Part shown: positions 17,869 through 26,162 of the stretch, piece after piece
How positions within the stretch are numbered: position 1 is the first letter of the stretch
Layout: each line of letters opens with the position of its first letter
Source of the DNA: Candidatus Falkowbacteria bacterium RIFOXYC2_FULL_47_12
Lineage (GTDB): Bacteria > Patescibacteriota > Patescibacteriia > Patescibacteriales > XYC2-FULL-47-12
Reading direction: 5' to 3'
Length of the DNA: 42,277 nt
Assembly (NCBI GenBank): GCA_001778285.1
Contig: MFGL01000020.1
Location: 36,881-79,157, forward strand
Notes under the pieces: model-generated
Told to the model about the DNA's origin: nothing
What the model saw: the letters and a program-made list of their open reading frames with translations, nothing else
The model's database searches: none
Program-made: the position numbers and the translations under genes

Positions 17869-18455
17869 ATATTCAGACTGCGTTTTGCCGCCGCGACTGC
17901 TTGAGCATCAAACTTTTTTAAAAATTTTGCCGGAATGCCTGCATACACCGTCCACGCTTCGTACACGCCGCCGCGAGCCAGCGCGTGAGCGCCCAGCACG
18001 ACTCCCTCGCTCAAGATTGCTCCGGGCAGGAGGGTGCATTGCGTTCCGAGCCAGCAATAGGCGCCGATGCGGATAGGCCCGTGCTCTTCCGGGTACAGCG
18101 CGTCCATGATGGCATTCTTTTTGCCCGGTCCGGAGCTCGTGAGCAGTAGGCTGCGATGCGCGATAACCGCGTAATCCTCTATGTGTATCTCACCGCCGGT
18201 AGCTTCACCGAAAACTCCGTAAGAAAGCCAGCATTCTTGGCCGATAGTCACCGGTTGCGCCACTGCTGGCGAGTATAAACGGACGTTCACGCCGATTTTT
18301 GAGCCATTCCCCACTGCCACATTTTTGAGCTGAACGCCGTCACCGATAATAACGCTGTCACCCAAGACGACATTTTCCAAACTGCAAAATTCGCTTATCG
18401 TACAATCAGCGCCTTGCGTAACGTTTATTTTTTTAAAAAAACCGGACAGATCCAT
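17865..18455 (-). CDS. Hexapeptide-repeat (left-handed beta-helix) acyltransferase
   Basis: Repeated [LIV]G hexads, IRIGAYCWLG, LPGAIL and YAGIPAK. Confidence 0.85.
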   Translation of the reverse strand: MDLSGFFKKINVTQGADCTISEFCSLENVVLGDSVIIGDGVQLKNVAVGNGSKIGVNVRLYSPAVAQPVTIGQECWLSYGVFGEATGGEIHIEDYAVIAHRSLLLTSSGPGKKNAIMDALYPEEHGPIRIGAYCWLGTQCTLLPGAILSEGVVLGAHALARGGVYEAWTVYAGIPAKFLKKFDAQAVAAAKRSLNI

Positions 18456-18481
18456 ATGTTAAATAGAAATGTGTTTGTTAA

Positions 18482-19900
18482 TTATAATCCGCACCCTTCA
18501 CGGTACATCGCCCGAATTGCGCCGACAATGTAATCTAAATGGCTAGGCTGTAAACCTTGATGAACGGGGAAAAAAATGGCGTTATTGTGGTAATAGTTGC
18601 CGCATTCTACGCCAAACTTCCTGACAAACGCGCTGATTTCCCGCATGCGGGCGTCACTTTCAACTTTGAGCACAAACGCGCCCGGCGCTTCATCCGGCCG
18701 CAGCGTAAAAAAACTTTTCTCCCTGCCCACCAAATTTTCCACCGAGCGGTAGTTTTCTGCCCTTTGTTGGGCATATTCATTTTCATGAGGCAAAAAACCG
18801 GCAAGCTCTTTTAAAATTTTTTCTTCTTTGCCGGCGTCAGCGCAGCCAAACGTATCCCACATATACCGGTAGTCAAATTGCTTGCCGACTAAAAAGCCGC
18901 CGAACTGCAAGGGGAAAAATTTCGTGAGGGAGTAAATAACGTAATCTCCAAAACTGCCCGCCCGGCCGCTGCGCCACGCGTAGGCGCAATCTTCCACGAG
19001 CGTGAGCCCGTTGTCTCGGCAATATTTCTGCAATGCCGCGGTCCGGCCGTTGAAAAAACCGAATTCGTGTATGACAAAGATTGCCTTGGTGCGTGGCGTA
19101 ATTTCCCGGCGCCACGCGCAAGTCTGTTCAATCGCGCTCGTGACGCAGCTGCTGACGTAGGGTGAGTTTGAAGTCGTGTCAATGCACACTTCATCGCTAT
19201 CGGTAAGAACGCCCTGCAACTTCAGCCATTTGCACAGCGCGTAAATCGCGTACATGCCGCGCGGAAAAAATGTATATTCACGGCCGTTGAATTTCTGGTT
19301 TAAAAATTGCGCGACGTCAAAATTTTGATTCGGCTCACCAGCCAAAGCGGCGGCGTCAAACGGCGCAATGGCAATCTGCGGCCGGTACTCCGGCGGCCGA
19401 AGTATGACCGGGTAGCGCTCAGTAGCCCAACCGCTAAAATATTTTTGTAACGCTGGTTTGTACGACGCCCCAATGTCTAAATACGTATATTTTGAATTAT
19501 GAAACGTCTCTACGATATGCCAGATTAAAAGGCTGGAAATTTGTTTTCTACGTCCCTCTTCCGTAACGGCATGAAAATGCAAAAACAGGTGGCCGTCAAC
19601 TTCTGTAACAATGGTGCCACCGGCAACTACATCGTTAAGATAGGCAAAAAACATCCATTGTCTGCTGGCGTTAAGATCAACAGGCAAATCCTCGCGATTC
19701 GGCGGGCAAAATTGATAGAACATTTTGACGTTTTCCGCGTTCCCGGCAACCTGTTTGACAACCGGATTATAGGAGCGCGCTTTTCTGATGGCCGTACGCA
19801 TCCGCTTATCTATTTTTCCCCATGATTTATCTTTATCAAGCGCCAACGAACTTCCCCAAATGACGTAATCTTTGGAAATATAGTTCTGGTATTGCGACAT
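18482..19900 (-). CDS. Fusion: GNAT/FemAB-like acyltransferase + DegT-like PLP aminotransferase
   Basis: N-domain KRMRTAIRKA...SLLIWHIV...YLDIG...YFSGW. C-domain FVIHEFG, VEDCAY and YSLTKFFP. Confidence 0.7.
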   Translation of the reverse strand: MSQYQNYISKDYVIWGSSLALDKDKSWGKIDKRMRTAIRKARSYNPVVKQVAGNAENVKMFYQFCPPNREDLPVDLNASRQWMFFAYLNDVVAGGTIVTEVDGHLFLHFHAVTEEGRRKQISSLLIWHIVETFHNSKYTYLDIGASYKPALQKYFSGWATERYPVILRPPEYRPQIAIAPFDAAALAGEPNQNFDVAQFLNQKFNGREYTFFPRGMYAIYALCKWLKLQGVLTDSDEVCIDTTSNSPYVSSCVTSAIEQTCAWRREITPRTKAIFVIHEFGFFNGRTAALQKYCRDNGLTLVEDCAYAWRSGRAGSFGDYVIYSLTKFFPLQFGGFLVGKQFDYRYMWDTFGCADAGKEEKILKELAGFLPHENEYAQQRAENYRSVENLVGREKSFFTLRPDEAPGAFVLKVESDARMREISAFVRKFGVECGNYYHNNAIFFPVHQGLQPSHLDYIVGAIRAMYREGCGL

Positions 19901-19904
19901 AGCG

Positions 19905-20924
19905 TCAGCTCAATTCTATAACACGGCCGGAACGCATACTGCTGTCGGCGGCTTCAAGGATACGCACGACCGCCAGACCAGCGCTCGCGTCCACGAACGG
20001 CTCCTCCTCGCCGCGAACACAACGGATAAAGTGCCGCGCTTCGCGCAGGAGCGCTTCTTCAGATTCAAGCTGTGGAATGAAGGCGTCGCCGCTGCGATAC
20101 ACCGGCGTCATAGATGTTTCCTGTAAAAAATCAACGGTAACGCCTCTATCGTACACTTTTACCTTTTCCGAAGGATGAATGTCATCATATACGATCATCT
20201 TCTTACTGCCGCCGATAAGCATTTTACGAATCTTTACGGGTGAAAGCCAGCTGACATGGATATGTCCGACAATGCCCCGATCAAATTGCATGGTGAGATG
20301 CGCCATTTCACAGGCGTTGCGGCTGACATGCCTGGTGCCGGTGGCAAAGACTGAAACCGGACGCAAACCCTCAAAAATATGGTTCATGATTGAGATATCG
20401 TGCGGCGCCAAATCCCACAATACGTTCACGTCCGGCTGAATAAGTCCGAGGTTGATGCGCTCGGAATCAAAGTAGTAGAGTTCGCCGAGCTCGCCGGCGC
20501 GCACGAGCGAACGAATTTTGCGCACGGCGCCGGTGTAGAGGAACGTGTGGTCAATCATAAGCACGCGGTTGCGCTGCGCGGCCAGCGCGCGCAGTTCTTC
20601 GCACTCGCGCACCGTCGCCGCCATTGGTTTTTCCAGCAAAACGTGTTTGCCGGCTTCCAGCGCCTGTTGCGCCAGATTGAAGTGCGTAAATACCGGCGTA
20701 GCGATAAGCACGGCATCAAGCGCGCTGTCGGAAAAAAGATCTTGAACTTGTGTTGTTGTAATAATACCCGGATACTGGCGCGCCAGCGGCGCGAGCCGCG
20801 CTTCGTTGACATCGCAGGCGTATTTTACGCGGCAGTCGCTAAGCAAAGAAAAATTCCGGATAAGATTCGGCCCCCAGTAACCGGCGCCGATGACGCCGAT
20901 GGCAATTGGTTGGTTATTTTCCAT
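19905..20924 (-). CDS. Gfo/Idh/MocA oxidoreductase (WbpB/WlbA-like sugar dehydrogenase)
   Basis: IGAGYWG, GKHVLLEKP and WDLAPHD. Start at ATG 20924 or TTG 20945. Confidence 0.9.
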   Translation of the reverse strand: MENNQPIAIGVIGAGYWGPNLIRNFSLLSDCRVKYACDVNEARLAPLARQYPGIITTTQVQDLFSDSALDAVLIATPVFTHFNLAQQALEAGKHVLLEKPMAATVRECEELRALAAQRNRVLMIDHTFLYTGAVRKIRSLVRAGELGELYYFDSERINLGLIQPDVNVLWDLAPHDISIMNHIFEGLRPVSVFATGTRHVSRNACEMAHLTMQFDRGIVGHIHVSWLSPVKIRKMLIGGSKKMIVYDDIHPSEKVKVYDRGVTVDFLQETSMTPVYRSGDAFIPQLESEEALLREARHFIRCVRGEEEPFVDASAGLAVVRILEAADSSMRSGRVIELS

Positions 20925-21687
20925 ACGTTTCTTTTTTGCGGGCAATAATAATATTTGTATCCCGCGCGCCGGGCAGCGCGTAGGCGCACAGGCGAAAAAA
21001 ATTCACGTACCACGACCGCGGACTCGCGGCAGTAACCCGCGGCCGCAGGCTCTGCAAATTGCGCGCAGCTATGATTTCAAAATCTAACCAGCGCATCATC
21101 CCTGCCAGCTCCGCCAGCGTATACTCGCGCCAGTGCCCTGCAAAATCTTCTCCCCGCGCAAACCACTGCTTGAGGTGCGCGGACAGGGGCGAGCGGCCGA
21201 AACAAAACCTGACGCGATTCAACAGGTGGCTTAGATTGGGGGTGGCGATATATACCAGTCCGCCCGGCCGCACCGCGCGTTGTATGTTTTCTAAAAATTT
21301 TTTTGGGTCTTTTTGGTGCTCAATGGTGGCAATGCTGATAACGGCGCCATAACGCTCCGCTATATCATCGCGCAAAATGTCTTGAGGCTGAATAGCCAAG
21401 CCCTGCGCATCCCAAATGCGCCGCAAACCATTAATATCATCAATACTAAAGCTATTATTGTCTTTAAAAACGTATTTGTCTATACCCGCTACTTTGTAAC
21501 CGAGCAAAGCCAAGGCCATGTCCAAAATGCCAATTCCGCAACCGACGTCTAATATGCCGGCTGTTTTGGGTATATATCTCGTAATAAAGCGCAGATGCAC
21601 TAAATTGTTATTAAACTCCCAGCGCTGTTTATCACTGTACGGCGCAAGCAGCGCATAAGCTTGTTGCAGGGCTTGGGTGTTGGTCAT
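20914..21687 (-). CDS. Class I SAM methyltransferase
   Basis: LDVGCGIG, TIEH, PGGLVYIATPN and HWREYT. Confidence 0.88.
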   Translation of the reverse strand: MTNTQALQQAYALLAPYSDKQRWEFNNNLVHLRFITRYIPKTAGILDVGCGIGILDMALALLGYKVAGIDKYVFKDNNSFSIDDINGLRRIWDAQGLAIQPQDILRDDIAERYGAVISIATIEHQKDPKKFLENIQRAVRPGGLVYIATPNLSHLLNRVRFCFGRSPLSAHLKQWFARGEDFAGHWREYTLAELAGMMRWLDFEIIAARNLQSLRPRVTAASPRSWYVNFFRLCAYALPGARDTNIIIARKKETYGK

Positions 21688-22472
21688 ACGGTTACTTTCA
21701 TGCCGAGTTCAGCAAACAAAAATTGCTTTTTACCGCACAAATAGCGTTTGACAGTCTTGCGATTCTCCGGGTTGGTATGGACTACTAATACTGTTTTAAC
21801 ATTTGCGGCCTGCGCGAGTTCTTCAACCTGTGCCATGGAAAAATGATTGGGCGAGCGATGTTTAACCCAACTTCCTTCAATCATTAAAAGATCGACTCCT
21901 TTTAGCTTGTCAACTAAATCGGCAAACGGATGACTTGAACCGATATCGCCGGTGTATACTAAACGCTTGCCTTGGTGCGTGATAATAAAGCCGACCGAAT
22001 CAAAGTATGGAACATGCGCAACCGGAAACGTGGTAATGGAAATCGGTCCGATTTTTGACGTGCCAATTCCTTCCCGCCACGCAACCGGATACTGCTCGTT
22101 TGGTTCGAGCCAAAAAATCTTGCGCCATGCTTCAAAACGCCTCTCAAGCGTTTTGGGGCCAATCATTACCAAGTGTTTGTGGCGCAGACGTTGCAGACTC
22201 CCATTCCGCGCAAACGTCCGGTGCTGGTCATCAACCAGCCGCACGTTAATGAGGCCGAAGGCTTCGCCGGCATGGTCGCCGTGAAAATGCGTTACGCACA
22301 CCGCGTCAATGGACTGCAAATCTATGCCCAATTCAGCCATGCGGCGCATAGCGCCGTAGCCGCAGTCAAGCAAAATGCGCTTACCTCCTGCTTCCAATAA
22401 AAAAGCCGAGGGGTTGGTTTTTTTTGTGGGCACCATGCCGCCAGTGCCGATAATTGTTAATTTCATTGCCAT
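21684..22472 (-). CDS. Metallo-beta-lactamase-fold hydrolase (RNase Z-like)
   Basis: IIGTGG, LLDCG, THFHGDH, VAH, YTGD, NH and VH motifs. Confidence 0.85.
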   Translation of the reverse strand: MAMKLTIIGTGGMVPTKKTNPSAFLLEAGGKRILLDCGYGAMRRMAELGIDLQSIDAVCVTHFHGDHAGEAFGLINVRLVDDQHRTFARNGSLQRLRHKHLVMIGPKTLERRFEAWRKIFWLEPNEQYPVAWREGIGTSKIGPISITTFPVAHVPYFDSVGFIITHQGKRLVYTGDIGSSHPFADLVDKLKGVDLLMIEGSWVKHRSPNHFSMAQVEELAQAANVKTVLVVHTNPENRKTVKRYLCGKKQFLFAELGMKVTV

Positions 22473-22480
22473 ACTTTCCT

Positions 22481-22489
22481 ATCATAGCA
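22481..22489 (-). promoter_or_regulatory. Extended -10 promoter (TGCTATGAT), near-leaderless
   Basis: Minus strand TGC-TATGAT lies 8 nt before ATG 22472, just downstream of a terminator. Confidence 0.45.
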
Positions 22490-22504
22490 TAAAGAATGAA
22501 TATG

Positions 22505-22538
22505 AAAAGCCCGTTGTCTTTAATGAAACAACGGGCTT
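22505..22538 (-). terminator. Rho-independent terminator
   Basis: Inverted repeat aagcccgttg (22507-22516) / caacgggctt (22529-22538) with a T run on the minus strand, 10 bp after the stop of 22548-23855. Confidence 0.8.
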
Positions 22539-22547
22539 CGGCTTGCG

Positions 22548-23855
22548 TTAGGAGGATGCGAGCATATATAACCTCTTAATATACTCGCAAAAAATATCAA
22601 GGATGCCGTGCGGGTCGCATCTACTGCCAATCTTTTGCATGACTGGCGAGGCTACCTCCCGCACGCCGATACACTCGGCATACTCTGGCGAAATTCTACT
22701 TTGAAATTCCACCAAAGCGCGCGCCGCGTGCACGGGCGTAGTTATAATAATCACTCGTGCCGGGCGGCCCAGTGTTTCCACGAGTGCTGGCAGATGACTT
22801 GCCACGGTTGCGGCGTTACCAACCGTGTCAATTGCCTCTCCACCAGGGAATATAATATCCCAAAGTTGAGCCGGCGGACACTCGGACAACGGACAACGCA
22901 TGCCGGGCAAATTCCAAAAATTGTCCGGGTACTGGTCGCACAAACATGCTGCGACTATCTCCTCGGCCTCGGTATGCCGCGGAACCACGACTCCCAACTC
23001 CTTTACATCGTGCGGCTGTTGAAAGCCAGATGGACAAATAAACGCATCAGGGAACACCACCAACAGACAACGGGCTTCCCAGCCTAGCCGAAAATCATAA
23101 TGTGCGATAGGGGCAATGACGTCAACGCCGCCCCAATCTCGCTTCAATTGTTCCATTGAAACGAGGCTGCCCGGATGCCCTGCAGGTAACCGGAGTTCTT
23201 CCAGCGCTTGTTCAAGCGTACTAGACAACTCCTGAAACTCTCCTGAAACCGGATATTCTTGGTACATCCGGTCTCGCTCCCGGGATAATTGGATACGCCG
23301 GCTATTAGAAACCGACTCATCCAAATTCAGCAGGGAGAGTTCCTGCGCCCTTTCCCGAACCGCCACGGGCAAGTGACGATTCAAGCGCTCAATCACGGCA
23401 CCGAGCAAAATGTCCGGCACCGACAGTGAGCTAGGGCACTCGTGTTCCGGTGGATTTTTCTGACTGAAGCGGTGGATCTTCAATCCGCAAAAAATTCTCT
23501 GCGCTTCAAGATATAAATTTTCATAGTCTATATCCGAAGCGCCGTTGAGGATATTCACAACGGCTTTAAAATCCACCTCCGGACCAAGAAAATCTGCAAC
23601 AGCGTCTTGTCCGGTCCGGGGCCAAAAATCCATAAGGTTCAACACCTTTGCAAAGGCGTTGAACCGAAATCCCCACCGCCTGGCAAGCTCCTGCCTGCGC
23701 GTTAGCGCAGTAACTTCCCTAAGCGGTTTGACTTTGTTGATAGGCCGGTGGTGCGCCACTGCCACCAGCTTATCAAACCTGTCTTGAATAACCTCTCGGC
23801 ACCACGCCTGCAGTGCCGATTGGTTGAGTTTCAACCACGTTTCCAGCTTCTGCAT
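22548..23855 (-). CDS. Hypothetical protein with C-terminal DUF218 (YdcF/SanA/ElyC)-like motifs
   Basis: 435-aa ORF with AGGAGG Shine-Dalgarno, own promoter and terminator. EAIDTVGNA and IIITTPVHAARA resemble DUF218 'S..T.ENA' and 'VT...H..RA'. Confidence 0.6.
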   Translation of the reverse strand: MQKLETWLKLNQSALQAWCREVIQDRFDKLVAVAHHRPINKVKPLREVTALTRRQELARRWGFRFNAFAKVLNLMDFWPRTGQDAVADFLGPEVDFKAVVNILNGASDIDYENLYLEAQRIFCGLKIHRFSQKNPPEHECPSSLSVPDILLGAVIERLNRHLPVAVRERAQELSLLNLDESVSNSRRIQLSRERDRMYQEYPVSGEFQELSSTLEQALEELRLPAGHPGSLVSMEQLKRDWGGVDVIAPIAHYDFRLGWEARCLLVVFPDAFICPSGFQQPHDVKELGVVVPRHTEAEEIVAACLCDQYPDNFWNLPGMRCPLSECPPAQLWDIIFPGGEAIDTVGNAATVASHLPALVETLGRPARVIIITTPVHAARALVEFQSRISPEYAECIGVREVASPVMQKIGSRCDPHGILDIFCEYIKRLYMLASS

Positions 23856-23906
23856 GGCTGGATGCCTCCTTTATTTTTTTATTTAAAGAACCGCTTGTAA
23901 CCGAAA

Positions 23907-23935
23907 ACTCTAACACGTATCACAAAAAAAGTCAA
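23907..23935 (-). promoter_or_regulatory. sigma70-type promoter (leftward)
   Basis: Minus strand TTGACT (23935-23930), 17 bp, TAGAGT (23912-23907) preceded by TGT. Confidence 0.6.
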
Positions 23936-23941
23936 CGATTG

Positions 23942-23970
23942 TTGACATTTTTGTAATTTTGCAGTATTAT
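23942..23970 (+). promoter_or_regulatory. sigma70-type promoter (rightward)
   Basis: TTGACA (23942-23947), 17 bp, TATTAT (23965-23970). Confidence 0.75.
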
Positions 23971-24015
23971 TGCTGGTCATTCTTTGACAATTGAATCTGA
24001 ATAAAGGGGAACGCC

Positions 24016-24891
24016 ATGATCATATTTGTTGTTCTTTTCTGTCTTTACCATTATGGCGTAGTCTCTGTCGCCATAAAAAAAATCGGCGCTAAGGCAGGTT
24101 CCCGGACGAGAAAGCTCGTCTGGCAGTACTTTTTCGCCGCCGCCTTAGCTTTTATTATGGCGATTGTTAGCGGACAGCTAGAGTTGAGCTGGTCGGTTGC
24201 AATCGTCGCAGCCATTGGCGCTGCCAACGCTTTTGGCTGCTACTGCCAATGGCGGGCTTATGACATTTCGTTGGCCCGCGCCGCAGTCATGTCAAATTTA
24301 GATGACTTGATCGCGGTGTCCCTTGGCTACGCCCTGCTGGGAGAGCTGGGCGTACTGACTCCGACACTTCTCGGCGGGATCGTCGTGTCTATTATTAGCA
24401 CGGCGATCTTTGCGCGAAGTAGATACATTCGCGCCGCCGCAGAACAATCTCCCGGCCGGCTCATCGGCTGGGTTTTGGGCTACAGCCTGATTTGGGGCGT
24501 AGCCATATTCTCCATGCGCTTGTTTTCTTTGCAGGGAATGAGCGTGCCGACCTTTGTCGCCGCTTGGTACGGCGGAGCCTGGGTGGGAGCCCTGCTGATC
24601 TTTATGGCTATGGGGCCAGGAGAAGCGGGTCTATCCCTCACCAGCGTACAAAAAGGAAAAATATTGTTGTTAGCCGTCCTAATTTGGACGGCGCAAATGT
24701 ATGCTAATTGGCTGCGAGGACAGCTACCCCTGACAGTCCTTCAGCCAATTTTATTGGTGGCGGAGATGAGCCTCTGCGCCCTGGTTGGCATGATATTTTT
24801 TGAAGAGACAAAAAAAATGTCTCTTCAAGAAATCATTACTATTATAGTTGCTCTTATGGGAGTAACTATAATAGCAGCTATCAGCCTATAA
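24016..24891 (+). CDS. EamA/DMT-like 10-TM membrane transporter
   Basis: Two repeats of about five TM helices, ending LGYALLGE and VGMIFFEE. Purine-rich RBS (AAGGGG). Only supported plus-strand gene. Confidence 0.7.
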   Translation: MIIFVVLFCLYHYGVVSVAIKKIGAKAGSRTRKLVWQYFFAAALAFIMAIVSGQLELSWSVAIVAAIGAANAFGCYCQWRAYDISLARAAVMSNLDDLIAVSLGYALLGELGVLTPTLLGGIVVSIISTAIFARSRYIRAAAEQSPGRLIGWVLGYSLIWGVAIFSMRLFSLQGMSVPTFVAAWYGGAWVGALLIFMAMGPGEAGLSLTSVQKGKILLLAVLIWTAQMYANWLRGQLPLTVLQPILLVAEMSLCALVGMIFFEETKKMSLQEIITIIVALMGVTIIAAISL

Positions 24892-24930
24892 CCCCCGTGA
24901 TTGCATAGTTATGTCAATTACTGGGGTTTT
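24890..24930. terminator. Hairpin between convergent genes, probable terminator
   Basis: aacccc-c-gtgattg-cata ... tatg-t-caattac-t-ggggtt followed by T residues. Confidence 0.6.
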
Positions 24931-26158
24931 ATTTTTTCTCTAAATACTCCCTTATAATGTCGGCGACTCTCTTAGCATTCTTTCCATCCACCGGATACTC
25001 CTGCTCCATTTTTTCCCGCAGTGAATGATTCAATGGACTGTTTGTATTAAGAAGCTGGGGTAGCACTGCAACCAATTCGTCCATGTGGTTAATGCCAACA
25101 CTAGCTCCGATTCTCACCGGCACAAGCGGCGGGTCATATCCTGCGTTGATGGAAAAATCGCGGTCCGTAATGTGCGCGGTTGGCTTGCGACGGTAAATCC
25201 CGTTTAAACCCTCCGTAGACCATGATGTTAGTACCACGTCAGAAGCGGCGCCAATTTCATCACTGGTAAAATCTTGCATATTGATGATTTTAACGCCTGC
25301 GTCAATAAACATCCGTTCGTACGTTTCATAACGGATATTGTCACGGGGATGGGGCCGAAAAACAAAATAAAAATCGCCGCCTGCTTTTTGCAATGCTTCA
25401 GCCATTTTTTTTATTTTTGCAGGCTCATCCAGAGCCGCCATAAAAGAAATTATTTTATCTTCCGGCTGCAAATGTAATCTCTGCTTAACTTCCCGGGATA
25501 TTTTTTGCGTATCTTCATGAGCGAATCTATCAAAGGCCGGCTGGCCGGTGACTACAATTCTGTCCTCAAGCTCCGGAAATTTGTTCGTAATAAGCTCCTT
25601 GGCGCCCTTGTCTATAACGCATATTTTTTCCGGTAGCGGCAAATCCCTCTCTTTGAGAGCCGATAAATACTCTATAGAGTTGGCGTAATAATCTTCAACC
25701 AAAATTTTTAGAACCCCCGGGAATGTAGCGGCCGCGTACGTATCAATACCCATCTCACTGGACCTATCCATTAAAATAACGTCGGGGATTCCAGTAACGT
25801 TACTGGCTTTCAAAACCATGTCTGGGGGAGTAATATCTTCAGTTAAAAAATTTTTTTGGATGATCTCTTGAGCGCGCCCGTCGGTTACGACATAAATTTC
25901 TATTTCCTCATCGTCGATCAATTCTTTCAATACCGGCTCTAACGCGCTGCCGCTGCCGGGATCGCGCGTCGCCACTAAAAGTTTTTTTTCGTTTCCGGTT
26001 ACCGCTCCTTCCCGCTGAAGGCGAAAAATTTTCGTTTCAAATAATTCCGGCCTTCCTTCATTATAAGGTATTTTTGCCATTCTCTTTTGATAACCAGCAG
26101 CTTCTTCTGCTAATCGTTTTTGCGCTTCCGGAGAAAACGCTTCAAATTTTTTGGTCAT
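24929..26158 (-). CDS. GT-B fold protein (CDP-glycerol glycerophosphotransferase / 2-epimerase-like superfamily)
   Basis: VVTGQPAFD, FRPHPRD, SDVVLTSWSTEG..RKP and DGKNAKRV motifs. Confidence 0.55.
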   Translation of the reverse strand: MTKKFEAFSPEAQKRLAEEAAGYQKRMAKIPYNEGRPELFETKIFRLQREGAVTGNEKKLLVATRDPGSGSALEPVLKELIDDEEIEIYVVTDGRAQEIIQKNFLTEDITPPDMVLKASNVTGIPDVILMDRSSEMGIDTYAAATFPGVLKILVEDYYANSIEYLSALKERDLPLPEKICVIDKGAKELITNKFPELEDRIVVTGQPAFDRFAHEDTQKISREVKQRLHLQPEDKIISFMAALDEPAKIKKMAEALQKAGGDFYFVFRPHPRDNIRYETYERMFIDAGVKIINMQDFTSDEIGAASDVVLTSWSTEGLNGIYRRKPTAHITDRDFSINAGYDPPLVPVRIGASVGINHMDELVAVLPQLLNTNSPLNHSLREKMEQEYPVDGKNAKRVADIIREYLEKK

Positions 26159-26162
26159 ACAT

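Noticed and set aside
20400..20948. 182-aa plus-strand ORF, and the other short antisense or nested ORFs in the track
   Set aside because: These are shadows of real genes, with no recognisable domains or expression signals.
22608..23087. 159-aa plus-strand ORF as an alternative to the hypothetical gene
   Set aside because: The minus-strand ORF has a promoter, Shine-Dalgarno and terminator; this one has none.
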